A stretch of 63,999 nt of DNA, filler included, from Sphacelaria rigidula (lineage: Eukaryota), in assembly GCA_964200075.2 (NCBI GenBank). It is 5 parts of 5 records of this genome, joined end to end, with 100 filler letters (N's around TTAATTAATTAA, not from the genome) between each part and the next. Parts side by side here need not be neighbours in the genome. Positions count along the whole stretch, not along the records: positions 12,858 to 25,613 come from CAXNAA020003441.1; 4 more parts are not named here. One strand, given 5' to 3'. Below the pieces are notes generated by a model. It saw only the letters and a program-made list of their open reading frames with translations. It was not told the DNA's origin and made no database searches. Both the position numbers and the translations under genes were made by a program. This document shows, piece after piece, positions 12,967-25,713 of this stretch; the first letter of the stretch is position 1, and each line of letters opens with the position of its first letter.

Positions 12967-13753
12967 CCCTTAAACAACCACCTCATCCAATATCACAACT
13001 TCACCACACTCCTTCTACCCTACAATATGAGTGGACGAGGGAATTTCACCCTTGATTCCAACATCGTCACCAACAGAAGACGCGCTAACACTAACTCGCG
13101 CGGACCAAGATACAGATCGCACAATGGTGTGAACAGCCGCTCCCACCATGATTTGCGCAACCAATGAGGAAGACACCACGGCATAATTACTAATGCTCGT
13201 GCCCGCCTCGAATACCTACCACCTCCACAGCCATTCATCCAAGGAGGAGGACGAGCTCCACTCGTCATCCAAGGGACTTGCAGCATCTGCATCGACTGGG
13301 GAAACAGAGCCTACCCGAATAGACAGTCTATCTGGGTAGGCTCTGTTTCCCCAGTCGATGTAGATGCTGCAAGTCCCTTGGATGACGAGTGGAGCTCGTC
13401 CTCCTCCTTGGATGAATGGCTGTGGAGGTGGTAGGTATTCGAGGCGGGCACGAGCATATGTAATCATGGGGTGGTATCTTCCTGATGAATGGCTGTGGAG
13501 GTGGTAGGTATCCGAGGCGGGCACGAACATTAGTAGTTATGGCGTGGTGTCTTCCACATTGGTTGCGCAAATTACGGTGGGAGCGGCTGTTCACACCACT
13601 GTGAAATGTGTATCTTGGTTCGCGCGAATTAGTGTTAGCGCGTCTTCTGTTGTTGACGTTGGAATCGAGGGTAAAGTTCCCTCGTCCACTCATGTTGTAG
13701 GGTAGAAGGAGTGTGGTGAAGTTGTGATGTTGGAGAAGGTGGTTGTTGAAGGG
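12967..13753. repeat. Long fold-back inverted repeat (~358-bp arms, centre at 13325); candidate hairpin RNA
   Basis: 12967-13324 is reverse-complementary to 13326-13753. The right arm has a 73-bp tandem duplication (13411-13483 / 13484-13556). Confidence 0.92.
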
Positions 13754-13897
13754 TTGTGTTGCGGTGTGCGATGGGTTGTTAAGTGATGTGCACTGGGTCA
13801 CGAGAATTCGACTTGACGGGGAAGTACATAGTGTTGAGTATTGAAAATATCTACTCCCAGAGGAAATTCTGTCCGAGATACCTGTTATTTCCCAAAC

Positions 13898-16800
13898 TCA
13901 TTCATTGCAGAACTTGTTGTAGAACTTGGTCAGAATGTCTGCGAGCTGGTGTCCGGGCCGTACGTGATTGATCTTCAGCTGTCCAGTCCGAATCAGTTTT
14001 TTTAATTGAATCATCTTATAACACGGTGCTTGCAGCTGCAACTGTAGTTGGCGCTTGACGAAATATGAAGTGCGCCTTGTCAGTCCGAGAATATAGTTGC
14101 ACTCGATGGATGACCATCCAAGCTCTGGTCGTAGGTTGAAGAGATACGTCCCGAATTTTCCCCACTTCGATAGGGCCATGAATTCTGCCTCAGTTGTTGA
14201 AGTAGCTGTAATTCGTTGTAGGCTTGAGGAGAAGTAAACAAGTTCATCCGCCAGGACGAACATGGTGTCGGTGGTTGATCTCATTTTGGCCTGGACTCCG
14301 GAGTTCCCGTATATGATTAATCACAGTCGCCCGTCAAGTCCAAGCCCTTGTCGGAGCTTGAGTAACTAAGGGGAAGATCAGGTTTTCCCTCCAAGTAGCG
14401 GAACACACGTTCAACAGCGGCTAAGCGGTGAAAATGCGGCTTGCCCATAGGCCGTGCTACCTGAGAGACGATAAATTTGCAATGTCGAATCTTGTGCTCT
14501 GCGCCAGAAAGATGAGGCTCCCAACCATAGCTTGACACTTCATTTTCTCTGCGGCTCCAGGAAGGTATCTTCAGGTGCATCTTCGACCAGTTGGTCTGGG
14601 ATCCCGGGTGTATGAACCGGGTTAGATAAATCCATCCCAAACTTTTCAAGTAGGGATTTTACGTAGTTGTGCGGCGATAGCTTTAGAGTCCCTCGTGCTT
14701 CAGCTCTGATTACCTCCATACCCAGGATCAGGGATACCGGTACTACCTCAGATATGGAGAATCTTGTCTTTAGCATGTCTTGTACTTGTTGCAGTAGCTT
14801 GACGGGATGACCCTGTCATCAGTATGTCATTTACGAACAGTGTCAACATCATGTACAGTATCCACTATGGGACCCCTTTCGTGTAGACACATGGATCGCT
14901 TGCAGTGCCGAAGAAACTACTTTTCGCAACTCTGTGTCGATCGTAGAGTTTCACATGCTCGAACTCTGGCGGAGTCCACAGAGGGCCCGCCAGAGCGGAT
15001 CACATGCGGTTTTCTTGTAGTGGGATCTAGAGTTTCGAAGCCAGGCGGTTGTCTGCAAAACACCGTCTCTTGAAGCTTCCCGTTGAGAAATGCTGTTCGG
15101 ACGTCGAGGGCTAAAATGGGCCAATTTTTGGCAGTGGAAATTGGCAGTAGCAATCGCTGACTTTCTAGCCGGCCAACGGGAGCGAATATAGTTCCGCAGT
15201 CAAGTCCATGCCTCTGAGCCCATCCCTGAACTACCAGGCGAGCTCTAATCGTCCATCAGCCTTGACTTTGAAGACCCATCTCGTGCCGATGATGATAGGA
15301 GGTACGGAACGAGCAGGGATGATGTCGGCCAACTGATGGTTTTAAATGCTATGAAGTTCCTCCAGCATAGCTGCTCCCAAATTTTTTACATAAGCCGAAC
15401 AGGATGCTTGGCGAGAATTAAAAGGAAGCGGAATGGACGCGGGTGGTACAGCCTGTTCGATACAATACCCACAGTACCGATGTACTGCCATACCGTTTCC
15501 AGTGTCGTAGTAGTATGTAAATGTTGTGTAGATATGAGAGCTAGTCGTCGCATTTCTCTCGCTTGACGATGGTTAATCGGTGCAGATGAGGGGTGTTTGA
15601 CACCGCCAGTTGACCGCAATTTCATTGGTGTGATCGGCGGACCTTGGGTTGGTGAAGTGTCGTTGATGATGGTGTCGTCCAGCTGTGCGGTTCCGTCGTG
15701 ATGTTGAGGTCGAAGTTGTTCGTCCCGTCGTGCTGTAGATGATCATCTTTGGAGTTGTCGGTCCCTAGGATGTCCGGTGTAGAAGAACCTTCGTCACTGT
15801 AGAGGGCTCCGACTACTTGTTTGATGAAAGTGACGTTGCGGGAGCTCGATATCCTCCCCGGGTAGCGGTCGTAGATACGGAAAGATGGACTATCTGAAAT
15901 ATACCCTGCCCATACGCCTTCTCAAGATTTTTCTTCTAATTTACTCTGGTGACGCTCCTTGTGCACGAACGCCCTCGAACCGATGGTTTTCAAAATGACA
16001 GTTTTGGTTGCTCGAGAAACATCCGATGATATGGCGTGTCTCCTTCGATGTTGTGTGCGTCAAGCGGTTGATCAAAAAGACCGCAGTTCCCGCGATTTTC
16101 CCCTAAATAATCTTCAGCAAATTCGCTTCACTCAGGAGAGAGCGCGTAATATTTAGGATAGTTCTTCCGTCTCGCTTAGAGATGCCATTTTGTTGAGGTG
16201 TGTAAGGGGCTGTAAATTCTTGAAGAATACCAGCCGTTTTGCAGTTTCTTCTAATGTAGTCCGCAATATATTCGCCACCGCGGTCTGACCGTAGGCGGTG
16301 TACGCGGAGCCCTCGAGGAATAGCCAGATCTTACATGAACCGGCAGAGCGTAGTTAGGGTTTGGTCTTTACAAAGTGAACTACCCTAAATCGCGCGTAGT
16401 AATCCGTATATTTCGCCGTGTAACTTTAGCCCCCCATCGCAGCAGGTGACATGGGTCCTGACAGGTCGGTGCTGACCAGTTGCAGTCGCTCCGAAATATT
16501 GGTAGAGTCACCGGTTTGAGGATGATCCTGGTGTACGCTCTTATTCATATTGCAGGTTTCACGACGCGGCAGCGACCCTTCAAGCCTCACACCTGATTGG
16601 AGGATATTTCGAAGACGTCGTATGACCTGCTCCGTGAGATGTCCGAGTCGCTTCTGCCATGCGTGTGCTCCCACCGTGGTAGATAAGGCTGTTGAATCTT
16701 CAGCCATGTCGTGGACCGTTTCTAATACAAGGACAGTGCCGATACGCTCAAGTTCCCCTGACATGGTCGTGGCCGTCAGTGCTGAGCTGTAGTTGATGGT

Positions 16801-18858
16801 CCCAAACTTCAAGTGGACGTAGAGAAGTGTTTTACTGAAGTAATTGTTGATCAGCACTTCGAACTTTCCTACCGTTACGTGGGGGTTCCCAGAAAAAATG
16901 GTCGAAACACCCTTCGGCCGTGCTTTTGTATGCGGGAACAGATGTTTCCCGAGACCTGGAACAATTACGGCAGGGAGCCGAACAGAACGCTCGATCTCTT
17001 CAGAATCAGTGACGATGATGGTGATAACGCCTCTTCCTGTACCATGTAGTAGATGACGTCCAGCAGTGAGGATACCCATGGGTGGATCCAGCTTCACGTA
17101 GTCGATCATTTCTCGTTCGGATATCCGGCAACAGCTGATCATCCAAAACATTCCCGCTGGAGCCACTGTCAACTGCCATCTTTGAGGAAATTTGGTCGGG
17201 TGTACAATGGTGGTCAGTGACATGTGAACCCTAAAGGAAGGAAAACCCCCATGCCCTCTAGTGGTGGACATGTATCGATCACTGTTACAGCTGAAGGTGT
17301 AGAAATATGTTGGCCATGGTCATTCGATGGTACGGTCGTGGAAGTCGGATCGGAGGTGGCAATGGTAGCTTGGCGTTGATGTGCCTCGAAGTTGTTGATG
17401 CCGATGTTGTTGTCGTTGCCGTTGTTGCGATGGCGGGGGTTGCTACGACGGTGCTGATTACTGTTGTTTCCGGTGTTGCTGCTCACGTCCATGTTCAGTT
17501 GATTTCTACACTCAGAGTCATCATGTTTGTCAGTGTGGTGGAAACTGAACCATTTTACAGCTCTGCTCCGGTGATTTGACTGTCTTCTTGAACGACAGTC
17601 GCACATATGATGGCCTGGTTTTCCATAGGAGTAGCATTTTCCACGAGATTTCGAGGACTGAGTCGAAAAGTTCGGCATTAATGAATCACGGCCATGCGGC
17701 CCGCTCGCTGTGATTTTGCGCGCTAATCTATTGGCATACATGTTGCGCATAGTAGTTTTTATCTCCTCGATGCTGAAATCCGGGTCGCGTTCAGCGTTGT
17801 ACGTGATCTGATAATAATCGCTGGGTTGACCTTCAATTACTATGTCAGTCAACCTTTCTTCCGAAACGGCCTCGCCTATATCAACAGGCTCGTCCCGGAG
17901 TTGAAATAATTTGGAAAGGGAGACATCTGGATCTTGCCCCGGCGACATGGTCATGTTGTCCAGTTATCTCGTTAGTATGCGGCGTCTGCGCTTACAAGAA
18001 TTGTGGTATTCTGCTGCCAGACCTTCCCATGCACGTTCGCCGTTCGGTTTCTCTGAGCCCTTTGGCTGAAAACGCAGGTGACTTGCCGATGAACCAGTTG
18101 TTGACATACACAAAACGTTGAACAACTGTTCGTTATGCCTGTCCCAGGTTTTTTATGTCACGTGTGTTCACGATTTGCCCCACATGTGACGCCACGCTGA
18201 AATGATCAGCCACTTCTCGCGCAGGAGGCTGAGCATGATCATCAGCGGTTTCAGTATCGCCCACCGCTACTATCGCCTCGCTCCTCCCGGTTGCCCCCAC
18301 CGATGGTGAAGGCGAACGAGCGGACGGTTACTGATGGCTTCTGGAACGGGTCGCAATGGGACTTGCTCTCGATGTCGATCTGGCAGCTGGTTGTGGCAGG
18401 CCTACCTCACAAAAAGCTTCATGAATTTCCGTGGGGCGTTCAACCCCGCTGTGGATATCAGAAATCCACTGATGAGTCAAAGAAATACTCGCGCGCGTAC
18501 TCGCGCGTCCACTCGACGACCTTCGTACCGTCGAACTTGTTGATACTCTTGATGAGCTGAGTTACAGATGACTCTCCCGGTATATTCCTCTGCCTCGTTT
18601 TTTTCGTTGTAAAACTTTCGTTTCACACCTGTACATCCTTTGAAACATTCTGTTTTCTTGGTCTTCTGGTTGTCGCTGCCGGGACGACCTGAAATGGCGT
18701 CTCCTCGCTAGTGTTGACCGACGTAGTCTCGAATCGAAGGCTAATAATCTGTCGGAAATATTGACTCGTGCTGTGTAGTTATGCCCTCGAGATAGATCGG
18801 CTACTGTCGCGTGGACAGTAGTGTACGGCAAAGGTTGCACAGTGGTAGTTAAACCACA
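13898..18858 (-). mobile_element. Decayed Ty1/Copia LTR retrotransposon (gag-PR-INT-RT-RH) with many frameshifts and stops; 3' LTR not found
   Basis: Gag N-term KFDGTKVVEW (~18510-18540); Gag MSPGQDPD...; knuckle CYSYGKPGHHMCDC; pre-integrase WQKRLGH; integrase LQLVSTDLSGP; RT LDVRTAFLNGKLQETVFCRQPPGF and SLILGMEV; RNase H STTEAEF and QLADILTK. Degenerate PBS (CA|GATTATTAGCC, minus strand) at 18739-18749, with a putative 5' LTR from 18750 (outer end uncertain). Confidence 0.92.
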
Positions 18859-19839
18859 TGCTTATGCAGCAGACAGAAAATAAAGAGACAGATGGTGTTT
18901 GGGGATCTTTTCTTGACCGAACGAAATCAAGCAGCCTCTTTTGCAAGCAGAGGACTGAAGGAAACGAAGGAGAGTAACTGCAAGGGCGGTAGAGGTCACC
19001 GAATCCAAGCATACTCAATCCTGGAACAAAAGCCAAAGTCGCTACATGTACGTAAGATCAAACCGTATAATCCAATTCAACGTTGCTACTGCTGACGCTG
19101 TAGCCTTGTCAGCTCTTTCGCTTAGATCAACTGCAATCTTGCGCACAAGATATCTTACAGCTTACGTGGCCTACATACTCTGCTAAGGTATCTTTTATTG
19201 ACAAAGCATGGTAACACGCCTACTCAAGCAATATCCTCCTCGAAATGCCATGAGAACAGATAGACCAAGATGAACACAAAGAAGGTACTCTTCGTTAAAA
19301 GAAACGTGGTTCGTGATTTTCTTGAACCGTAACAAGTTGTACCGCTGATCTGTGTTGCAGTGAGTTCCTTCAAACGCAATCAATAGACTGTATCATCTAA
19401 ATTCGCAACAGCGTGCGTCACGAAAAGACGATAACGAGGTAAAACAACAGCAGTTTCGAACAGTCGTTCGATGGCAACATCAGCAAACTATCTGTGCTCA
19501 AAGTAGAAGTCACTTTTGTCCACGCCTTTCAGCGCAGTGTATGTTACCGTCACCACCAGTGCTGCGCCCAAAAACAAAAAGCAAAATCTAGTCCAATGCC
19601 CGCGTAAAACAGTCTTTGAACAGGGTATGAGGTAGGACTAGCTGTGCAGGGCACCACTGGGAAGCTCTATTTAAGGCGGGATCATGGGCGCTAATTCGTC
19701 GCGAAAAGATGACAGTCGCTCGCGTCCGGTGGTATTGATGGTGTTGCTGTGTATTGGTTCCCTGCGGTCCCGATGGTACGCCGATGGTGGCGGCCACGCT
19801 GTACGATCAGCCCCCCTCACCATTCGAACAATTACGAAA

Positions 19840-20560
19840 GAGAGGGCTGGAATCGGGTGAATAGAGAAGTCGAGAAAGTATGCAAGGATATAGAAGGAAA
19901 ACGAGACGAAATACTGTCCATAGGTGAAGACGCGGGGTACAAGATAAAAGTAACAGAAATGATAGAAATAAGAGAAAATGGAGCGCCAAGACGTGAAGTA
20001 GACAAGGAAGAAGACCTGAAGATTTACGGGGGGTTGAGAGAGAGGATAGGGATGAAAACAAATCTGCACGGCCCAATGGACGCGGCGAAATATCTGAGAC
20101 AGAGATTTTGGGTGGGGGGCCTGGACCTGCCAGGAAGCAGAAAGAGTCTTGCCAGCAGTCGATAGGAGGAAGAAGTACATGCACACAATTGCCCCTGTGG
20201 CAAAGCAATAGAGAGCAGAACTCATGTAGTGGCAGAATGTGACCTATATACAAGGAGGAACGGGACGTGCTAGAGAGGGAAATGCGGGACGTGAACAAAG
20301 GGGGCATGAAATCGTTTGATGCATTTGATAGTGGCGAAAAAACGATGGCAAGACTAGGAGATGGTGGCCACAGATGGCGAAACAGGACGGGGATAAGATA
20401 TGTACAAGGTTTTGTGTAATGTACGAAAGAAACGTAATGAGCGCCGGAATGTTGGAGGTGTCTCTATAACGAGTAGGAACGGTGCTCCGTTTGGAAAGGG
20501 ATGCATGGCCAATGGCCAAACGACTAAGGCAAGCAACAAATGAGTACGCCCCCCCCACGC
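19840..20560 (+). mobile_element. 5'-truncated LINE, 3' end of ORF2 (pseudogenised)
   Basis: LKIYGGLRERIGMKTNLHGPMDAAK... followed by the C-terminal CCHC motif CPCGKAIESRTHVVAEC; stops and frameshifts are present. Confidence 0.75.
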
Positions 20561-21639
20561 CTCACGATTCGAACGGGGTAGCACATAATGTATACTGTAC
20601 ACATAAAAATAATAATCTCAATTGCTGCCCGTAGCAAAATAAACATGATTGTCTGCAAGGATACATGGTGGCACCGTTGGACTGTTGGAATTTGAAAAGT
20701 GCACCCCGGCCTCCATAAATTACAGTTGAAAAACTGTGATGCACGGCATGGTTACTGACTGCGGTGTTGTTCAACATACTGTACGGTACTGTATTGTACA
20801 GTAACCCATACTGTATCTTGCGAACGTCGAAAAGAAATCTCAACCCTTCCTCCACCATCAGATGTGAAAGTTCGCACAATGGTTTGATGTCACACAAGCA
20901 GCAAGTGTGCGAAGCGGCACCGCGTGCCAAGGCAATCGCAAAATAAAAATCGTGATTGTCGAACTTATTGTCAAACGATCGAAACGCCGTCAAACATCAC
21001 GCTTCGTGGGCGAAAGTTCGTTCACCTCACGTTGAAGGTCATGTGCACACGGTGCCGCAAGAGTTTCTACATCCTGTGCAGTAGAGCAGCTCTTACGCTG
21101 GCGAACATTATCGATCTACACTAGGGAACACTCTGGATGATGACTTCAAACAAAAATCTCCTTCGGAGTATCGCCTGCACAGGTCCTTATCCTACTCGGT
21201 ATTACCGTGCGCGTGTTGCCGGAGTTGCGACGCACTGAAACTTTTCACGCGTATCCCCTGAACCTCAGTCACCAACCTCATGGCAATAGATCTCGAGGAA
21301 CGTGCTGCAGCAGCGTGCTATGGGGCCAAAACAGGTTCGATTTTGTTACGTTTTTCGTTCAGGCGCAACACTGTACAATATTTTACCGTACCTCCACAAT
21401 ACTATCTGTACCACAGTCATGTCTGTACCGCACCGTCCACTACTGTCTGTAGTGGGAACAACGCCACGCGGTACTGTACTGTCTGTCCAGAGTACATACA
21501 CCTGATTCAATAGATAATTTGTACAGAGACAAGGATGTGGGTCGGCTGCCTGCCAAGTGTGTGAAGCGTGTGCGATCGGTTCAAAGGCGGTCTCCACGCT
21601 ACAGTTATGGGCGTGAGTGAGGGCCGATTTTGGGCACTA

Positions 21640-22720
21640 TATTTCGGGAAAGTGCCGTCTAACCTACGTCAGGAACGCGACTGGCGAACTATTGCGGGAC
21701 AAGCAACCTATCCTGCAACGGTGAAAGGAGAGGTTTGAAACACTTCTAAACGCAACCTTGCCTGCGATCGATCACTCCGCCATCGATCTCATCGCACAGA
21801 TGCCGGAGCAAGCACCGCTCGCAGCCGAGCCCTCGATGAAAGAAGTGGAAGGAGCAATGGGCAAGCTGGTGAACGGTAAGGCCGTTGGGACGGGCGACGC
21901 CTGTGGCGAACTATTGAATATCGGCCTCACCGAGGATTCTGCCATCCTGCGGTGCCTCCACAACATCGTGCCCACCGTGTGGCGTCAGGAAGTAGTGCCG
22001 CAAGCGTGGAAGACACCATCATCAGGGTGCTTTTCAAGAAACAAGATCCGCACGAATGCGGCCACTACCGCGGTATTTCTCTCGAGTCCAAGATGGGCAA
22101 GATGGTGCTCAACATAGTTGCGAGTCGCCTCAGCGCCTACTACGAGTGGAAGGGAATCCTCCCAGACTCGCAATTCAGTTTCCGACTCGGCCGGTCGACA
22201 GTCGACATGATATTCGTTGTGCTCAGGCTCAAAGAACTGGCCAGAGAGAACCGTCCACTGCCTTGATGCTTCATCCACCTCCGAATGGCATACGACTTAG
22301 TGGACCACCCTTTTACCTAGAAAGTTCTAGCACGCTACGGTATCCACGCCAAGATGATTCCCATCATCCGCCAGTTCGACGACAACATGCGTACGCCTTG
22401 ACAGCAGCGAGACATCTGAGTGGTTTGACCTTAACCAGGGCCTCCGCAAAGGCTGTGTGCTTCCCCCCGGTTTGTTCAACATCTTTTTCGTGGCGGTACT
22501 GACGGTGACGTTCGACCGCTCCCCGATCAATAAAGCAGTGGCGCAGGACTTCATCCGCATCGCTGAAAGGGGCGGGAAGAGCAAGGACAAACTCAGAAAA
22601 TTATTTGGGCAATACTATACGCCTACGACGCTGACATCTCCTCGGGGGCTCAAGTAAGCTGGCGAAGATGATGACGGTCGTAGTCGAAGTATGTGCTGCT
22701 GTCGGTCTCGTCGTGGGGGA
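21640..22720 (+). mobile_element. Non-LTR retrotransposon (RTE-like) reverse transcriptase fragment, pseudogenised
   Basis: KLVNGKAVG, VPQAWK, LFKKQD..ECGHYRGISL, ILPDSQFSFRLGRSTVDMIF, AYDLVDH and QGLRKGCVLPPGLFNIFF across frameshifts. Confidence 0.9.
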
Positions 22721-25613
22721 AACCGAACCTTTTGGTACTGGCAATGGAAAAGTGCTAATTTCGAGGTGCAATTTTCTCAATTACATATGGTTGATTGTTT
22801 GCAGCTTCCACGCAGCACTAGTTTGCTCAAGACGTGTTTTCAGACCCGCTTCAATCTTTCTACGTGTGATGAGGAGATTTCTGTGATGTGGCTTAGCACG
22901 GTAGCCAAGTTTTGGGCGGGTACGACCTCCGTACTACAGCACAACGAAACTCCGGTGCGGTGCGCACCGTTTTAAAATTGTGCCCCAGTGCCCAGCAGCA
23001 TCTTGGCGGTACTAACAGAATGCCAGGGAAACGTTTTCTGCTGTTGCTGTGGTGTGTGGCGCCCACTACTGTTGCTGCTGCTGCTCGTATCATTGTCTCG
23101 TGATATTCACAAGAGCGGTAAACGTGGTGGGGTAGCTCGCGGGCATATGTCTCTCCAGTGCTACAGCAACAAACAGCAGCAGTACACTAGTGCAACAACA
23201 GTGGCACAACAAGAGCAACAGTTTCTATCCTCCTGTTGTGGTGCCACTGTGTACAGATCAGTGATGTTCCTTTTCAATAATATTGAGGCGGTATTTTTGG
23301 AGATTACGTCCCAACACAGCAGACCTGGCGTCCGATCATGCTGAAACTTGACCTATGTGTGGCTTGAAGCCGCAGATTGGTGTTGACCAGCAGTTTCGGC
23401 GATTCAAGGCGTTTAGGCTTGAAGCGATGATTATGTACGATGCTGAAGTGATTCCGAAAAGTAGAGCAATTTATCATGACAACTGTAGAGAGCAAAGGCA
23501 TCAAATCTGTGCGGGGCCAGGGGTCGATCTCGCAATGTTTGCGTCGCCCCCCTGTCGCTCGAGACTGGCACTAAGACGGGAAAGACCCAACAGTCAAGGT
23601 TCTCCATATGTTGAGGGCAGAGGCCGTTGGAGTTTAGGCGCCATGTCGAGCAACACGCGGCCGCGCAGCGTAGCTAAATAGGAGAGCGTGTTCACGCGAG
23701 GAGCACTGCAAACCTGCTCGCACAGCGGGCAAGGCCTCCTCCCTTCCGGTGCCAGACTTGGGGTGGCCTTCATGGCAGCGGCGTGAGAATGACAGGGGCG
23801 GTTGCTGTAGTTTTCTTTAACCAGAATCAACCGGATATTCTGCGCATGCATGCTCGCAGGTGAAGATTTTGACCTTTCCCTGACAGGCGCGATATGACGG
23901 CTCTGTTTTACGCGAGTGGGTTCAAAAATAAGCTTGGGTTGGACCGGCTGGTCCGCACAAATGTCCTGCGAAACTGGTTCTACTCTACCGGCAGGTTCTG
24001 TTTCTCTGCCTGCGCCAGTCAAAATAGCCGGCCGCCCGTAATCGGATATGCATTGTTTTAGTCGTAAGGAAAAGGAGACAGCTTTCCTGATAATATACAT
24101 GAAAGCTAACAGTACGTTACATTACAGGAAAGTGCAGTACAGTACAGCAGCGTTCAGAGTTCTCAGCTAGCAGCACAAGCAGGGGCTTTTTCTTTATCAC
24201 GTCAAAACGCAACAAGGGGGGGAGGAGAACAGTATAAGCGTTAGCAGAAAATATGTTCAGTGGTATTCCTTTTCCATATTATGGGGGCATTCGTGTACGA
24301 CAATTTGTACCTTCCAGTAAATACTGTCAAATTCCACAGTTTCATTTGTCTCAGACCAAGAGTCGAGATCGTCACGGGAAGATGGGTGGGCACTTCGAGT
24401 ATCAAGGGCTCGCTTCACAGGGCCTTGTGGGGAGATGGAAAAAGCGCCGTCACGCACGAGATCCGTCACAGCACACATCGCAAGCGATTGCTACTGAAAA
24501 GAGGTCGCGTCCCGGAAATACACGGCGACGTTCTGCAGGGCTCTCTTCATGCCGGCCCGACCCTGCGCGACCATATCTCAAATCATACACGGTTAGGACG
24601 AATCAGAGTTCATACGAGTCGACTTCTCATGATGTGAAAGCAGTCATGCTGTATGTGGTCCCGCTGAGTCGAGGGTGGATAACACATATGCAGCGCAGTC
24701 ATCTTGCGCGCAATACAGCTGTGAGAAAATTACGCGTGGTTCAGGGGCCGTCGGAGGTGAAGATTCAACCTGTACAACCGCATCAGCCCAAAGGTGGGAA
24801 AAATGTACGGGCGCTCACCTCGAACGACATGGTCAAGCAAGTTGTACATGACGTTCCCGACTCATGATGGTAAGAAGTGCGTAGCATGTACAATCGATGC
24901 CCTCAAATTTGCAGTGCAGGGTTGACTATGTGCCCATTATTTACCCCGGTATTCATGGAAGGTAGGAAGCGGGTAACGTTGGGTTATACTGCACGACGCA
25001 CGAGCTGACAAGCTGTATGAATTACAAATTATGTGCGAATAGTATGATTTATTTGTTGAAATGATGAAAATGAGTTGAATCACGAGTTTAGTCGTCCCAA
25101 CCGTGAAATCATGCGTGTATATTGTAGTATACAGCGTATATGAATGATATTGCTTGCTCTCTGTGTGTACGTGATGTACCGCCCCTCGCTCCGCCACATC
25201 TTGTACAGCAGTCGCTGTTGCAACTAAGCGTGCATTTGCCCTAGGTGGCGCACGCAGGAGTAAAAGGCCGCCTTTGCCGCTGCAATACCTGCCTGTATCT
25301 TGGACGGAGCTGTATGGTAATATAGCCGCTATGGAGCACAAGCCGGCTGCAAGAAATTCATACCGTGGAGATTTCTACACTGTCTCGAAGTGATGCTGCG
25401 CACAGTTCCCACTACAGTACGAGTACGGCGTATTGCGCACGTCGCAGTAGGCAGTAGATTTTATACTGTTGTGCGCGGCACATTTTTTAATAATGTGCAC
25501 TGACTGTACAAAGCTCTTGTCCAGGGCGTGATACGTATTTTCACGGTTAGGACAAATCATCACGACTCAAAATCACCAAATTCACGATTTCTTCTGCCTG
25601 ATTGCCCGAAAGG

Positions 25614-25713
25614 NNNNNNNNNNNNNNNNNNNNNNNNNNNNNNNNNNNNNNNNNNNNTTAATTAATTAANNNNNNNNNNNNNNNNNNNNNNNNNNNNNNN
25701 NNNNNNNNNNNNN
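25614..25713. other. Artificial contig linker (44N-TTAATTAATTAA-44N)
   Basis: Same 100-bp spacer. Confidence 0.97.

Noticed and set aside
12880-13801. Mirror-image short ORFs (MSGRGNFTLDSN...) on both strands
   Set aside because: They result from the inverted repeat. One copy has a stop and many arm differences are non-synonymous, so there is no evidence for coding.
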